DNA of 64,000 nucleotides, from contig NC_043011.1 in the NCBI RefSeq assembly GCF_006345805.1, positions 7,006,001-7,070,000 of the forward strand. The letters run 5' to 3'. Below the pieces are notes generated by a model. The model searched no databases and was not told where the DNA came from. It worked only from the letters and a program-made list of their open reading frames with translations. Made by a program: the position numbers and the translations under genes. Source of the DNA: Octopus sinensis (taxonomy: Eukaryota). Of this stretch, positions 1 to 12,663 are shown piece by piece. Numbering within the stretch: position 1 is the stretch's first letter; each line of letters begins with the position of its first letter.

Positions 1-218
1 TAGAAGGCATTTGCCCAAGGTGCCATGGAGTGGGACTGAAATCAGAACTATGTGGTTGGTAAACAAGCTTTTTACCACACAGTGACTCCTGTGCCTACAT
101 ATACTTTTCTTCTTTTCCGTTTTTCTGTGTATTATTCACCATTCCACTGTTGTTTTTGTTTTGTTTTTTTCTTGTGATTTCTCATGTAGCAGTGTCCTGA
201 TTTTCAAGCAGAACAGGC

Positions 219-320
219 CATGTGCTCAGAGCCTGAAGATTGCTTGGAGACACAAGTCATGTTATAAAAACCTGCTTAGACACGGGTTTCTACAGCAAGA
301 AACTATTTAGTAACATGACT
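219..320 (+). ncRNA. Hammerhead-ribozyme-like motif with enlarged stem/loop II
   Basis: CTGAAGA (233-239), stem II TTGCT...AGCAA, GAAA (299-302), stem III ACTA-tt-TAGT, GUA triplet. The downstream ACATG can pair with upstream CATGT (219-223). Confidence 0.5.
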
Positions 321-439
321 CTTTATGCTGTATGTTGAATAATTTTTATCTCATTGGAGTACCTTTTTTGTTTGATCTTAATTTAATGGGATGGTAAATT
401 ACACACACTTACATCTGGCCTATGTCAGTGTCGCATAAC

Positions 440-745
440 CTGGCACCTGTGCCGGTGATACATAGAAAGCACCTTTTGTACGTTGGGCCTTACGGAAGCA
501 ATGACAACTGACTGAGACTTTTGGCAATAGGCTGTGCTTGAGAAGACCCATCAAACCAAGTGTTACTCAACTGGCACATAAAAGCACCCTTTATACTCTC
601 AGAGTGGTTGGTGTCAGGAAGGGCATCTAACCATAGAAACCATGCCAAATCAGACTGGGGTATAGTGCATTGCCTCAGCTTACCAACCCCTGGTCAAACT
701 GTCCAACCCATGTCAGCATGGACAACAGGTATTAAATGATGATAT
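440..745 (+). mobile_element. RTE LINE 3' UTR fragment (old)
   Basis: Matches the reverse complement of 18165-18400 (GAGTGGTTGG..GGAAGGGCATC..CCAACCCATG) and ends in an (ATG)n tail. Confidence 0.7.
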
Positions 746-2191
746 AGATATCCTGCATACTTTCCTAGCATAGAGTTTCCTCCACTAAGGGTTTGTAGTC
801 TTGCAAACTACATCATAACTTCATTAGTGCTAATCATCATCATCATCAGCATCATTTAATGTCTGCTCTCCATGCTGGCATGGGTTACATGGTTTGACTG
901 GAGCTGATGAGCCAGAGAGCTGCACCAGGTTCCAGTCTGATTTTGTATGGTTTCTACAGCTGGATGCCCTTCCCAACGCCAACTGCTTTAAGAGTAGTGG
1001 GTGCTTTTGGAAAGTACCCAGTACATACTGTCAGGTGGTTAGCATTAAGAAGAGCATCCAGTTGTAGAAATGATGCCAAATCAGACACTGGAGCACAATG
1101 CTCTCCTTTGACTCATCAGATCCTTGTCAAATTCTCCTACCTATTCTGACATTAAATGCTCATATACATGCTTTTGGGGTTTTTTTTTTTTTAGTTTTCA
1201 TCTACTGAAGATACCCAAGGTGCCACACATTGGGATTGGGGCTGAAACCATGTGAAATAAATGAATTATATGTACGGCAGTGGTTCTCACCCATTATTTT
1301 CTTGTGGAGAGGCTTTTCAGTCATCTTTTGTTCTACTGGGCCCTCATAGCCATCTGAAGTTTTAAAAAACCCCTTCATATTTTTATAATGTATTGTTAAA
1401 TGCTTTGTCTAATGCAGAAGTTTAAGTGATTTATTGCACATAATTTTTAACGACTAAATTGGAATGTAATCCTTCGTGTTTCAGGCTATCAGATCAGAGC
1501 CCTCTTATATCACAAATTTGGCATATTAACTACATCTGGGCATGTATAAGCAACCAAAGGAATATCAATAGTGCCAGTTGCAATTACTAGAACTATCAAT
1601 ATACAGATAAAATTCCTTGCCATTTCTGAGATTCTTCATCTGACTTTATTATTTATGCCAACTCCAACCAGAATTCTATTAAAATACATTTTTTTTGTTT
1701 GTTGTTGGTGTTTTGTTTGTTTTAAAATTCTGTTGTTAATGAGACTTTGCAGTTGCTAACCTATGGCATGTAACATGTGCATTTGTGAACATGCATCCAC
1801 CATACACATGTGGCTATAAGCATATGCACTGTCGTCTATGCATATATGTGCATTGTGTTTTTGCATATAGCAATGTGCACACAATATAAACTGCGTGTAC
1901 ATGAGTATGTATGTATGTATGTATGTATGTGTGTGTGTGCGTTAGTGTATGTGTTGCCATAGATTTAATGGTTCACTTAAATTGGAAATGAATCATCAGT
2001 GTACGTTGCACCAGTGATTCTGAATTACAATTATATTATTGATTTAATGTTCGATTTATTTCTCTCTGCCCTCTCACCACAGATTGGACAGAGTTTAACA
2101 ATTGCAGCATCATTCACATGTCTAAATATTGTATTGTTACATCTATATGAATCTTTCCAATTTGTAACGCCTCTGTCTCATATATATATAT

Positions 2192-2452
2192 ATGGCCGCA
2201 ATGGCCCAGTGGTTAGGGCAGTGGGCTCGCAGTTGTAGGATCGCGGTTTCGATTCCCAGACCGGGCGTTGTGAGTGTTTATTGAGCGAAAACACCTAAAG
2301 CTCCACGAGGCTCTGGCAGAGGGTGGTGACGACTACTGTTGTACTCTTTCGCCACAACCTTCTCTCACTCTTTCTTCTGTAGGCCTGCTCGCAAAGTGCA
2401 TTGTGATCAGCGATGTGTAGCAACATCTGATAGCCTGGTCAGTCACGATGAG
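2192..2452 (+). mobile_element. tRNA-derived SINE family B in (TA)n
   Basis: A box TGGCCCAGTGG, B box GTTTCGATTCC; homologous to 14215-14452 and 52829-53122. Confidence 0.85.
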
Positions 2453-2876
2453 ATATATATATATATATATATATATTCATACACACATATACTTGGTGCA
2501 ATGAAGCTGAAACTTTGTGATTTTTCCACTGAGTTTGAACCCTTCGGTATTCAGACATTATCAAAGATGAAACTCAGAGTAGCAATCATAAAGTTTTGGC
2601 TTCCATGGAATATTGTATCTGTCTGAAGTTTTATTATATATATAGGAAAGTTTACATGAATTCAATCAGTGTTTAGGAAACACAAAAGACAAATGTATAT
2701 TCAATTCAATTCAGTTCTTAAGAATGAGACTGTGAGGGTCTAGAAACATCGGATATAGATTTACAAAGTCTTCTGGTCCAAACCAAATGCTAAAAGCTAA
2801 TAAGAAAATATGAAAAATCTAAAATAGAAGAGATAAAACTTGAACATAGACATTTATTTAATGAAATATTCACATA

Positions 2877-3272
2877 GGCGCAGGAGTGGCTGTGTGGTAA
2901 GTAGCTTGCTTACCAACCACATGGTTCCGGGTTCAGTCCCACTGCGTGGCACCTTGGGCAAGTGTCTTCTACTATAGCCTCGGGCCGACCAAAGCCTTGT
3001 GAGTGGATTTGGTAGTTGGAAACTGAAAGAAGCCTGTCGTATATATGTATATATATATATATGCGTGTGTGTGTCTGTGTTTGTCCCCCTAGCATTGCTT
3101 GACAACCGATGCTGGTGTGTTTGTCCCCGTTACTTAGCGGTTTGGCAAAAAAGACCGATAGAATAAGTACTGGGCTTACAAAAGAATGAGTCCCGGGGTC
3201 GAGTTGCTCGATTAAAGGCAGTGCGCCAGCATGGCCGCAGTCTGAAACAAGTAAAAGAGTAAAAAGAGAGAG
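2877..3272 (+). mobile_element. tRNA-derived SINE family A (CORE-like, resembles octopus OR-type SINEs)
   Basis: GGCGCAGGAGTGGCTGTGTGG head, GGTTCAGTCCC B box, CCTTGGGCAAGT CORE-like motif, internal (TA)(TG) microsatellite, GTAAAAGA tail; more than 12 copies in the window. Confidence 0.9.
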
Positions 3273-3278
3273 TATATG

Positions 3279-3314
<36 letters not shown>

Positions 3315-3316
3315 AG

Positions 3317-3562
3317 CATCATCATCATTTAACGTCCGCTTTCCATGCTAGCATGGGTTGGACGATTTGACTGAGGACTGGCGAACTAGATGGCTGCACC
3401 AGGCTCCAATCTGATCTGGCAGAGTTTCTACAGCAGGATACACTTCCTAACACCAACCACTCTGAGAGTGTAGTGGGTGCTTTTACATGCCACCAGCACG
3501 AGACAGTCAGGCGGTACTGGCAACGGCCATGCTCAAATGGTGGTTTTTACGTGCCACCTGCA
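3317..3562 (-). mobile_element. RTE LINE 3' UTR fragment
   Basis: (CAT)n-TTTAACGTCCGCTTTCCATGCTAGCATGGGTTGGAC, as at the 18165 end of the long RTE. Confidence 0.85.
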
Positions 3563-3575
3563 CACACGCACACAG

Positions 3576-3614
<39 letters not shown>

Positions 3615-3618
3615 ATAT

Positions 3619-3645
3619 GTGTTTGACCTTGTGAGTACCGCTGGC

Positions 3646-3681
<36 letters not shown>

Positions 3682-3852
3682 CCCCTCTGTCTTCCCTTCT
3701 CGGGATTTTTCCTTCTATGTTTCCGACGAAGAACTCCGCTCGAAATGTTAAACCCTCTTTCTTCCCTTCTTTCTTGAGCGTCCAATAATACTTTATTTGT
3801 TCCATGTCCTCGCGTTGTTGTGTTTTTTTGTGTTTTCTTGTTTGGATTAACT
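3619..3852 (+). mobile_element. Penelope-like terminal fragment with degenerate minimal hammerhead (3719-3753), flanked by (TA)n
   Basis: GTTT-CCGACGA-AGAAC-tcc-GCTC-GAAA-TG-TT-AAAC; homologous to 23096-23310 (-) and 16590-16759. Confidence 0.6.
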
Positions 3853-4202
3853 ATATATATATATATATATACACTTTGATCTTAGCCAAAAGACACGCAT
3901 ATATATGCTTATATATATTTTTCTCCTTCTCTCACATATTTTCTCTTTCTACTTGTGTATGCACCCTTTTACTGTCTCATGTTCCCCATCAGTTGCAGGC
4001 AGTTTCTCAAATATAGATGATGTAAAACTCTGCTGTCTTATTTTGCTTCTATCATCTTCACTCTGAAGATGGATTTAGCCAGAATTGTTGGATACTCCGC
4101 TTCCCACAGAAATTTTGCTTTACCCTTTCTGCCGACTTTTCCAAATTGCGAATCTTTCCAGTATATTTCACCTTCAGTTTCCTTGGATTCCCTTTCATCG
4201 AC

Positions 4203-4227
4203 ATATGTATATATGTATTCATATAAA

Positions 4228-4282
<55 letters not shown>

Positions 4283-4353
4283 ATATATGTGTGTGTGTGT
4301 GTATATATATGTGTGTGTGTGTATATATGTATGTGTGTGTGTGTGTATATGTA

Positions 4354-4385
<32 letters not shown>

Positions 4386-4435
4386 TGTGTGTGTGTGTAT
4401 ATATGTGTGTGTGTGTATATGTGTGTGTATATATA

Positions 4436-4467
<32 letters not shown>

Positions 4468-4468
4468 A
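4203..4468. repeat. Compound (TA)n/(TG)n microsatellite
   Basis: Directly visible; explains the overlapping C/V/Y/I/H/T ORFs. Confidence 0.97.
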
Positions 4469-4974
4469 ATAAATAAAGAGGTATATAGCTAATACAGATA
4501 TATAGATATGTACACATACAGATGTAAGCAGATAGTGCTGGAGACTTTCTGTACTCCTCCTTCCACCCCCCCCCCCCCGTCATCTGTACTCTGGCTCCTC
4601 CTTTCTCACTAATCCCTGGCATTTTTTTTTTTTCTTGGATTTTCCCCTGTCCCTTTCATATATGTACCCGCCCCAACAGCATCTGCTCCAACTCTCTCCA
4701 CTGCCACCTTCTCGGTCCCTTTCGTCTTATTTTATCCTCTTTTATTATCTCACCTAAAGTCATCACTCTCTCTCTCTCTCTGCCATGAAAAAAGCACCAA
4801 GCATACTGTGAAGAGTGGTTGGCATTTATAGTAAGCATCCAGCCATAGAAAGCAATCCAAAACTAAGACATTGAGGCAGGACGCAGTCATTCCACTCGTT
4901 TGATCCTTTCAACATGTTCAGCATGGAATGTAGATGTAAATTAATGAGGATGTAACACCGGATGATGTTCACCC

Positions 4975-5192
4975 ATGCACCCTGAGGGTTGCCTAAAAAC
5001 TTCCTAGGGTGACCAGATTGACATTACCTGTACAGGTGCAACGGGTGCTACATGTCAGATGTTGAAATGGTCGCAGAGCAACGTGAAATGAAGTGCTTTG
5101 CTCAAGAACACAATGCAACACCTAGTCTGGGAATTGAACCCATGATCTCACAATCGTCAGTGTAACACCTTAACCACTGAGCCATGTGCCTT
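4975..5192 (-). mobile_element. tRNA-derived SINE (family E-related)
   Basis: Minus strand reads GGCACATGGCTCAGTGGTTAAG..GGTTCAATTCCC..TGTGTTCTTGAGCAAAGCACTT. Confidence 0.7.
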
Positions 5193-5224
5193 CACACACA
5201 CACACACACATGCATATGTATATA

Positions 5225-5830
5225 AGGGGCAGCTGGGAAGTCGATAGGGTGACCAAGATACTCTCATGGAATGTGAGGTTTATTTCATCAACTTGGTCCT
5301 CCTTGCTGTCCACTCACTTCTTCCATTGGTGTTGCAGTGCTTGGACACCATTGGCGAAGAACCCTTCATCCAGTTGGTCAAGAGAGTCATCAACAGTAGA
5401 TATGAGGTCATCACTTGTGCCTGGCCAAGAGTTTTTTTTGGGTTTTTTTTTCATGTTGGAGACTAGATGATAGTGAGGTGAGGCCAAACCAGGAGAATAG
5501 GGAGGGCGATCAATGAGTTCAAGCCACAGTCATGCACGGCAGCCATTGAAACCAACGACTTGTACACTGGAGCATTGGGTTGATGAAACAAGACCCCTTT
5601 TGTCAGCTTTCTTAGGCATTTGGTCTTAACGGGCTCAGCGAGTTGGCATAGCACTATCCATTGATGGTCTGGCCTTTTTGAAGTTACTCAATAGACAGTA
5701 TCTTCTGCTGAGCCTGTCACCTTCCTTGCAGATGAAATGACCTTGGCCTTTTTTGGAGCAGGTGAGGAGGGGTATTTCCACTGTGTGGATTGTCTCCTTG
5801 TTTCTGGCTCGAAGCGATGAAGCCAAAGCT
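5225..5830 (-). pseudogene. Degenerate mariner transposase (C-terminal DDD region) and right end
   Basis: Minus-strand frames give WLHRFEPETRRQSTQWKYPSSPAPKKAK, KGVLFHQPNAPVYKS and PPYSPGLA (mariner HQDNAP and YSPDLAP motifs), with frameshifts. Confidence 0.85.
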
Positions 5831-6092
5831 TGTCCTGGATTAGGAATCAGTCAAGTAAACTCTAATAACTCTGCCGCTTTGTCAGCACATCTGTGGAACA
5901 CTAATGATTGCTATGTCAGCTCTTCTTTCAGAATTGTCACAAAAAGCGAAACAAAGAATTTATAAATTAAGAATAATCAAAACATTGCATAAAAGTTATT
6001 AGTGAAGGTAGCGATATGCAACATTGCAAATTTTATCTGTGTCTGGATAGATGGTGTAATTAACTATCATATATGTGTGTGTGAATGAATGA

Positions 6093-6135
<43 letters not shown>

Positions 6136-7047
6136 CACACACACACACACACATGTATATTTGGATAGATTGCAATTAACAAATATATGAAAAGGCTAAA
6201 TTTAATAATCTAAACTTTTAAGTTGACTCAACAGAAATACTTTAAAAAATTTTCTTCTTAATTCAATTTTGTTATGTTTATCTCCTGATATTTTTAGAAA
6301 ATATATATTTGTTTCTGAATTTGTTTAAATGTTAGTTATGTCTTACTTTCAGTACACACACACACATGTGTATAAATATACGTCTATATATATATATATA
6401 TATATGCGTGTGTGTGTGTGTATAAATACACGCACGCAAGTGAAAAAGTACGTAAGCGTGTGCATGTGAATGTTCACATTCTCTATCTTCACATGAAATC
6501 ACCGAGCAAAAAATGGTGACATTATATAGTGTGTGAGAGTGTGTATATATTTGTAAATATGCTGTATATATGTGTATATTTGTAAATACATAGTTGTATA
6601 AATGTTATGTGTATGTTTATTTTTGTGTGTTCATAAGCATATCTTTATGCATATATCTGCTTACATATATATATATATATGCACACAGATGTGTGTATGT
6701 TGAAAGAAAATAGCTGATATAACTGCATATAATCTCTTTAATGGTGATATTTTACTGGATGAAAATGACAATATTTTGCCTGAATGCATGTTTTACATAC
6801 AAATTTTGTCGTGAGAAAGCTTTTTACTAGTAATTGTCTAAAAATCCGAACTGGGTAAACGCAAGTTTTGACTCAGTGCAAATAGATACTTTGAACTGTA
6901 GTAACAAAGCCCATGGTTGGTTAAATCTCTGGCATAGGTTCAATTCCAAACTGGAGCCGTTTTACTTAGTTTTATTAATGGGTTTAAAAGAAAGACTTCC
7001 GAAACGCGTGAATCTTAGTTGATCTCCTTGTTTTCCTCCCATTATAA

Positions 7048-7226
7048 CCCTTTTGATACCAACCTGTACTCGACACCTGCCCTGATTCTCTGATATAAAT
7101 TTCATGTTAATTTATGTTCCAAACAACACCTAAACAATGACAAGGATATTTTAACTAAATTCTTTATTTTCAAAATTAATTGAAACAGAGGCAGTATTTT
7201 TCAACAGAAATATGGTAACAAAAGGG
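7048..7226. mobile_element. piggyBac-like MITE, followed by a partial tandem copy to ~7382
   Basis: TIRs CCCTTTTGATACC / GGTAACAAAAGGG, flanked by ATAA and TTAA. Confidence 0.7.
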
Positions 7227-7399
7227 TTAAAGTGATCCATATTTAAACCTATCTTCAAAATTTCATGTTAATTTATGTTCCAAACACCTTAATAATGACC
7301 AGGATATTTTACTAATTTCATTTTTGAAATTAATTGAAATGAAACCACTGTATTTCAGGGGGAATATGGCAATAAAAGGATTACACTTTCAGAAAGACA

Positions 7400-7840
7400 G
7401 CAACTCTTTCACAGTATTGGATGAGATCTCTTGCAGAATATCTTCTGGCTCTTTGTGTTTAAATTCTGCTGAGGTTGACTTTGCCTTTCACCCTTTCAGG
7501 GTCGATAAATTAAGTGCCAGTGAAACACTGGGGTTGATGTAGTCAACTAGCCCCTTCTTCCAAAATTTCAGGCCTTGTGTATATTACTGGAAGGGATTAT
7601 TATAATGACAAACTGGCAGTTGTTCAAGTATCAGACAAAATGCTTAGCAATACTTTCTCCATTTCATATTTTGAATTCAAATTCCACCAGAGACCTTCTT
7701 TGCCTTTTGTCCTTCTCATGGCTTAGGGGGGTCAGCAATTAAAAAAAAAAAAAGGAATTAGTCAAGTTCTAGGAATGTTGTGATTGATTTGGTTCCTCCT
7801 CTCAAAATTACTGACCAATTACCTAATTTTGAAACCATTA
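7400..7840 (+). mobile_element. Two tandem Nin-domain SINE (family D) units, diverged
   Basis: GAGGTTGACTTTGCCTTTCACCCTTTCAGGGTCGATAAATTAAGT motif. Confidence 0.7.
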
Positions 7841-8172
7841 TTATTATTATTATTATTTGAATAAAATCTGGGCTCTTCTGAGTTGGAATTAATGCCTGCC
7901 AAGTTACACATCTCTAGCATCATTCCTTCATAGTGATCCTGTGAACCTTTCAGCTGATACCCGTCAATCCCACTACCCGTAACCCACCTTTTCAAATTTT
8001 CTAGTTTGCCACCACCTTAATAATAATAATTATTATTATAATCTTCTAACTTAAGTTTAGATTATGGATATCTAAACTTGTGATATTTGGAACTGGAGTG
8101 TTCTGAATTCAATGGCTGCAGGTGTCAACTTTGTTGCTATTGGTCTAATATCAATAAAGTACCAGTAATACA

Positions 8173-8501
8173 GTGGTTAGAGTGTCGAGCTTACAATCGT
8201 GAGGTTGTGAGCTCGAATCCCGGACCGGGCTGCGTGTTGTGTTCTTGAGCAAGGCACTTTATTTCACGTTGCTCCAGTTCACTCAGCTGTAGAAATGAGT
8301 TGCGACATCACAGGTGCTAAGCTGTATCGGCCCTTGCCTTTCCCTTGGATAACATCGGTGACGTGGAGAGGGGAGGCCGGTATGCATGGGCGACTGCTGG
8401 TCTTCCATAAAACAACCTTGCCCAGACTTGTGCCTCAGAGGGTAACTCTCTAGGTGCAAACCCATGGTCAGTGTCTGACCGAAGGGGGTCACCACCACCA
8501 C
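8173..8501 (+). mobile_element. tRNA-derived SINE family E with 12-bp TSD
   Basis: GTGGTTAGAG..GCTCGAATCCC head, GTGTTGTGTTCTTGAGCAAGGCACTTT core, (ACC)n tail, TSD ACCAGTAATACA on both sides. Confidence 0.85.
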
Positions 8502-11074
8502 CACCAGTAATACATTACACTGTGTGTGTGTGTGTGTGTGTGTGTGGAGTTGGTAGATTGTCAGATAACTAGTAAAGAGGTTGGTGCTTCATATCACTGG
8601 TGTTTTTGTGTATCCAGGATCAAAACACTGAACATTTAATGGTGAGTCCCCTTGGGTCAGAAGTTGATATAACTAACCATTGTGCTGAATTTTGTTCTGG
8701 CTATTAAAAAAGAAAGTTACCTCTGATTGACTAGCTTTTTATCCTTGAGAAGAATCCTCTCATCTGCTTATCCTACAGAAACTGGAGGTGAGCACAGCCT
8801 CATCAATGGAATTTGGAGAATCATTTGTAAATTCCGGTTGATTTAATTGACCCCAATTCTCTTCCACTCCCAGACCTGTCATGTATCTCATCATCGTCAT
8901 TCAATGCTGGCATGTGTGAGATCAGTTGATAGGATCTGCTGTGACAGAGGACTGCACTGAGCTTCAGTGCCTGCTTTGGCTTCTCTTCTACAGCTGGATG
9001 CTCTTCCTAATGCCAACCATTTTGCGGTATGTTTGGTTGTTTTTCTGTTTATAGCACCAACTCTAATGAGGTTACCAAGTAACTCACAAAACAAGACCCC
9101 GTTCATAGTGGGAGTGCAATATTGAGGGAAGTGGATTTATCCCAGGTGTTGAGAGGCTAAAGTAAGAAAGAAGTAAAAACCACTCCACCCACATGAGTCG
9201 GAGTGTAGAGGGGGGGGGTCTAGAAGAAAATTGTTGTTTAGGTTTGAATGTTAGTAAATTTTGTTTGCGTGTTTCAATGTAAATAGACAAACGAATGCAT
9301 TAATTGCTTATTTTTGTAGATAATTTGGTTGTAGCGAATCTCATTTGCCTGAATGAATATATTTCATATAATTGTTTTAAATTTATGTCTAATTGTTTTA
9401 GAATAAGAGATGGCTGCAAGTTACGAGAATATTTCTCTAAATTACTTTGAAGTAATTATAGGTTTCTTAAGAATATAAGAATAGAATGTGTGTTTGTGTA
9501 TACGTGTGTGTACATCTATATGTGTGTGTGTGTGTGTGTGTATTGTCATTTAACATCTATTTCCCATTCTGGCATGGGTAGAACAATTTGATTGGGAACC
9601 AATGAGCTGCAGGGCTGCACTGAGTTTCAATGCCATCTTTGGCTTGGTTTCTATGGCTGGATACACTTCCTAATGCCGACCAATTAACAGAGTGTAGTAG
9701 GTACTTTTTTCATGCCACCAGCACCAGTGAGGTTGCCATGTAACTTGCAGCACAGAAAAGGACAGAAATTACAAACCACCCTTGTTTTAACTGCCCCTTT
9801 CCCATGCTAGGGTTACACGAAATTCATTCAGGACTGATTTCCTATAGCCACATGGTCTTCCTGTCTCCAATCCTCACCTGTTTTTAAACAATATAATATC
9901 CCTTAGTCTTTTGAAAATAAACAGTCCAATCACTGGACATGTTTTCATGGAAGATTGCAACTGGAGAGCACTTGGATGATGGTGATATATGCATGGGTGC
10001 AGCTGTCCCTGCAACTGCATGTTTGTGTTAATGCTTTATTTCATCTTTGCATCAATTTTTTCCATGCAAGCATGGTTAGAGGAATATATATTTGAAGCAT
10101 TGTTTTACAGTTGGATATCCCTCCTATTGCTTTTACCTGATTTTTCATGTAAGGAATCGTGTATTCTGTCGAGCTTTAAAGGTGCAATGCCAGGAAATGA
10201 CTTGTTAGCAAGAGAAATGAAAACATCATCCCCGCTTCTGGTAGAGCAATTTTTGGAGTGGCACCAACATAAATGCACACACACACATACTAATGCATTC
10301 GATGTCTTAGCTACACATAGAGAGGGAGAGTGATAGATAGACCCTCATTTTAATTCTGCTACTGCCATTCTCACTCTCTATTTGTGGTTTGATCATCTCC
10401 TTCTGTGTTAGACAAATTATATGAACACTGGAAAATTATTATTAATGATATTATCTATTCTCATCATCATAATTTTCCATCCATTTTCCATCCTGCTGTG
10501 GTTTGGACAAATCATCGTAGTTTTGCTTGTAACATTCCATTTTTGGCATGACAGATCACGGTTTGTTTGCACATTCTATTTTTGACTTGGTTTCAACTGC
10601 TGGATACCTTTCCTATCATAAACTACATTACAGGGTGTGCTGGGTGCATTTTAATGTGGAACCATCGCTGGGGGGATGGTTGTGTCCATGAAAAGATTAA
10701 AGGGTCCTCTTAAACCTGTGTTGTTTCTGCTCATTTACCAGCCATTTGTACAGAATGTACTGGGTATCTGCAGTCTTGAATTTGATTTTTATCCTGTAAG
10801 ACTAAAGAATTTGTTCAATACTATGAAGTGGTCATTTACTCAAGGTGATTGATTGATTGATTGATTGATAAGATGAATGGAAGAAAAACCAGGATGGGTG
10901 AGTTTGAGGTAGGAGGAGTATAGTGGTAGAAACAGGGATTTGGTGTGAAGTGGGGTGGTTAGACAGAGAAGAGAGAATTAGTGGATAGTAATAGGGGTCA
11001 GCAATTGTAATGGATGGGTGGTTAGGGAAGTGGGTGTAGAGAGGGAAGAAAGAGTGATGACTGACAGTAAGCCA

Positions 11075-11297
11075 GGTATTTATTTCTTTATTGCCTACAG
11101 GGGGCTGAACATAGAGGGGACAAACAAGGACAGACAAAGGGATTAAGTTGATTACATCAACCCCAGTGCATAACTGGTACTTATTTAATCGACCGCAAAG
11201 ATGAAATGCAAAGTTAACCTTGGTGGAATTTGAACTCAGAACGTACAGCAGATGAAATGCTAAGCATTTCACCCAGCATGCTATCAACTCTGCCAAG
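11075..11297 (-). mobile_element. Nin-domain SINE family D
   Basis: Reverse complement of the 56295-56510 unit. Confidence 0.8.
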
Positions 11298-11434
11298 TAT
11301 TGCCAAACATTAGCAATAGTAATTCAGTGCCTAGTAGAGTGGATTAGTGAGAGTGTCAGAGAGAGGGAGAGGGGAAGGCGTTAAAAATGTGGTGGTGAGG
11401 AAGCAGAATGATGTATGCAGACTTGACTAGGACA

Positions 11435-11665
11435 AGTCAGTTGTTGACTGCCATGACACTGCATCCTTTAAGGCCCTCATGTTTTCCGAAATCCGCCGAA
11501 ACTACACCTGGTTGTCCCCCTTCCATACTCATACACATATGTGTATGTCATGACTCATGCTCTGTTCTTTTCCTGACGCTTGTACATTACCCTATGTACT
11601 ATACATACACTTTAGATGAGTTGTTGTGCACCTGAGCACTGTACACAATGTTTTATTATTATTTT
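11435..11665 (+). mobile_element. CR1/L2-like LINE 3' end fragment
   Basis: Translates VVDCHDTASFKALMFSEIRR (ORF2 C-terminus-like) and ends GCACCTGAGCACTG..(TTA)n; the same terminus is seen on the - strand at ~61437-61510. Confidence 0.55.
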
Positions 11666-12020
11666 AATATTGGATGAAAAACCCAAAAATCTATGCATTC
11701 AAACACACACACATACATACATACACACACACATTGACTACATTTCATGATGTTTCATTAAAATATAGTTTTATAAACCTTCCCCTCTCTCTCTCTCTCT
11801 ATATATATTATACATATATATATATTATATATATATATATATATAATAATAAATATTAGGGAATGAATCCAAAATTACAGGGAAAAATCAGATTTAGGGT
11901 TAAATCCAATTTTATAGTAAAATATTATATAATATAATTCGAGACAAAACCACTATTTTAAAACCAAACAAGGAAAGACTTAATCAATACATAAAATTTT
12001 AATATAAATTAAATAAACTG

Positions 12021-12064
12021 CCACTACAAATGTTTCATGTCTGCTACCGACAATCTTCAGGTGG
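12021..12064 (-). ncRNA. Type I minimal hammerhead ribozyme (left arm)
   Basis: Exact reverse complement of 12300-12343. Confidence 0.75.
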
Positions 12065-12299
12065 ATTTTCGATCTTCTAATCAGTATCAAATTTTGAAAA
12101 ACATGAGGGCCTTAAAGGATGCAGTGTCATGGCAGTCAACAACCGACTTGTCCTAGTCAAGTCTGCATACATCATTCTGCTTCCTCACCACATTTTTAAC
12201 GCCTTCCCCTCTCCCTCTCTCTGACACTCTCACTAATCCACTCTACTAGGCACTGAATTACTATTGCTAATGTTTGATACTGATTAGAAGATCGAAAAT

Positions 12300-12343
12300 C
12301 CACCTGAAGATTGTCGGTAGCAGACATGAAACATTTGTAGTGG
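12300..12343 (+). ncRNA. Type I minimal hammerhead ribozyme (right arm)
   Basis: CCAC-CTGAAGA-T-TGTC-ggtagca-GACA-T-GAAA-C-attt-G-TA-GTGG: stems I, II and III with an intact core and GUA site. Confidence 0.75.
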
Positions 12344-12432
12344 CAGTTTATTTAATTTATATTAAAATTTTATGTATTGATTAAGTCTTTCCTTGTTTGG
12401 TTTTAAAATAGTGGTTTTGTCTCGAATTATAT

Positions 12433-12464
<32 letters not shown>

Positions 12465-12631
12465 ATATAGGATCTCCTTGCTTTTCATAAATTTAGGTTG
12501 TATTTTTGAAAAAAATCTTTTTTCCAAGTTAAGAATATGCGCTATGCATGCATGTGCATTATAAGTCAAATGTGTGTGTGCATGTGTGTGTGTACATATA
12601 TAGTTATAGATATACACACACACACACTTTT

Positions 12632-12663
12632 TCCTGACGAAGGGCTGTGTCCAAAACATTGGA
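12632..12663 (+). ncRNA. Decayed minimal hammerhead
   Basis: TC-CTGACGA-A-GGGC-tgt-GTCC-AAAA-CA-TT-GGA. Two CpG transitions from CCGAAACGTTGGA would explain it; homolog at 49660-49691. Confidence 0.5.

Larger units (their letters stand above)
11845..12438. mobile_element. Penelope-like inverted-arm insertion with captured local DNA
   Basis: 166-bp inverted arms 11926-12091 and 12273-12438, each with a hammerhead. The spacer 12098-12276 is the reverse complement of 11304-11485. (TA)n lies on both sides. Confidence 0.8.

Noticed and set aside
2192-2265. tRNA-like heads of SINEs (also 8173, 14215, 53122)
   Set aside because: A and B boxes are present but they run into SINE bodies with no full cloverleaf; not tRNA genes.
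2854-3311. Recurrent 'HIYDRLLSVSVYQIHSQG..EDTCPRCHAVGLNPEPCGW' ORFs
   Set aside because: Antisense translation of SINE family A, not a gene family.
4038-4622. HT/YI/CV-rich ORFs here and at 25164-25670 and 30044-30613
   Set aside because: Translations of dinucleotide and hexanucleotide microsatellites.
6985-7016. CCGAAACGCGT resembling a hammerhead 3' half
   Set aside because: No CUGANGA core or stem I upstream.
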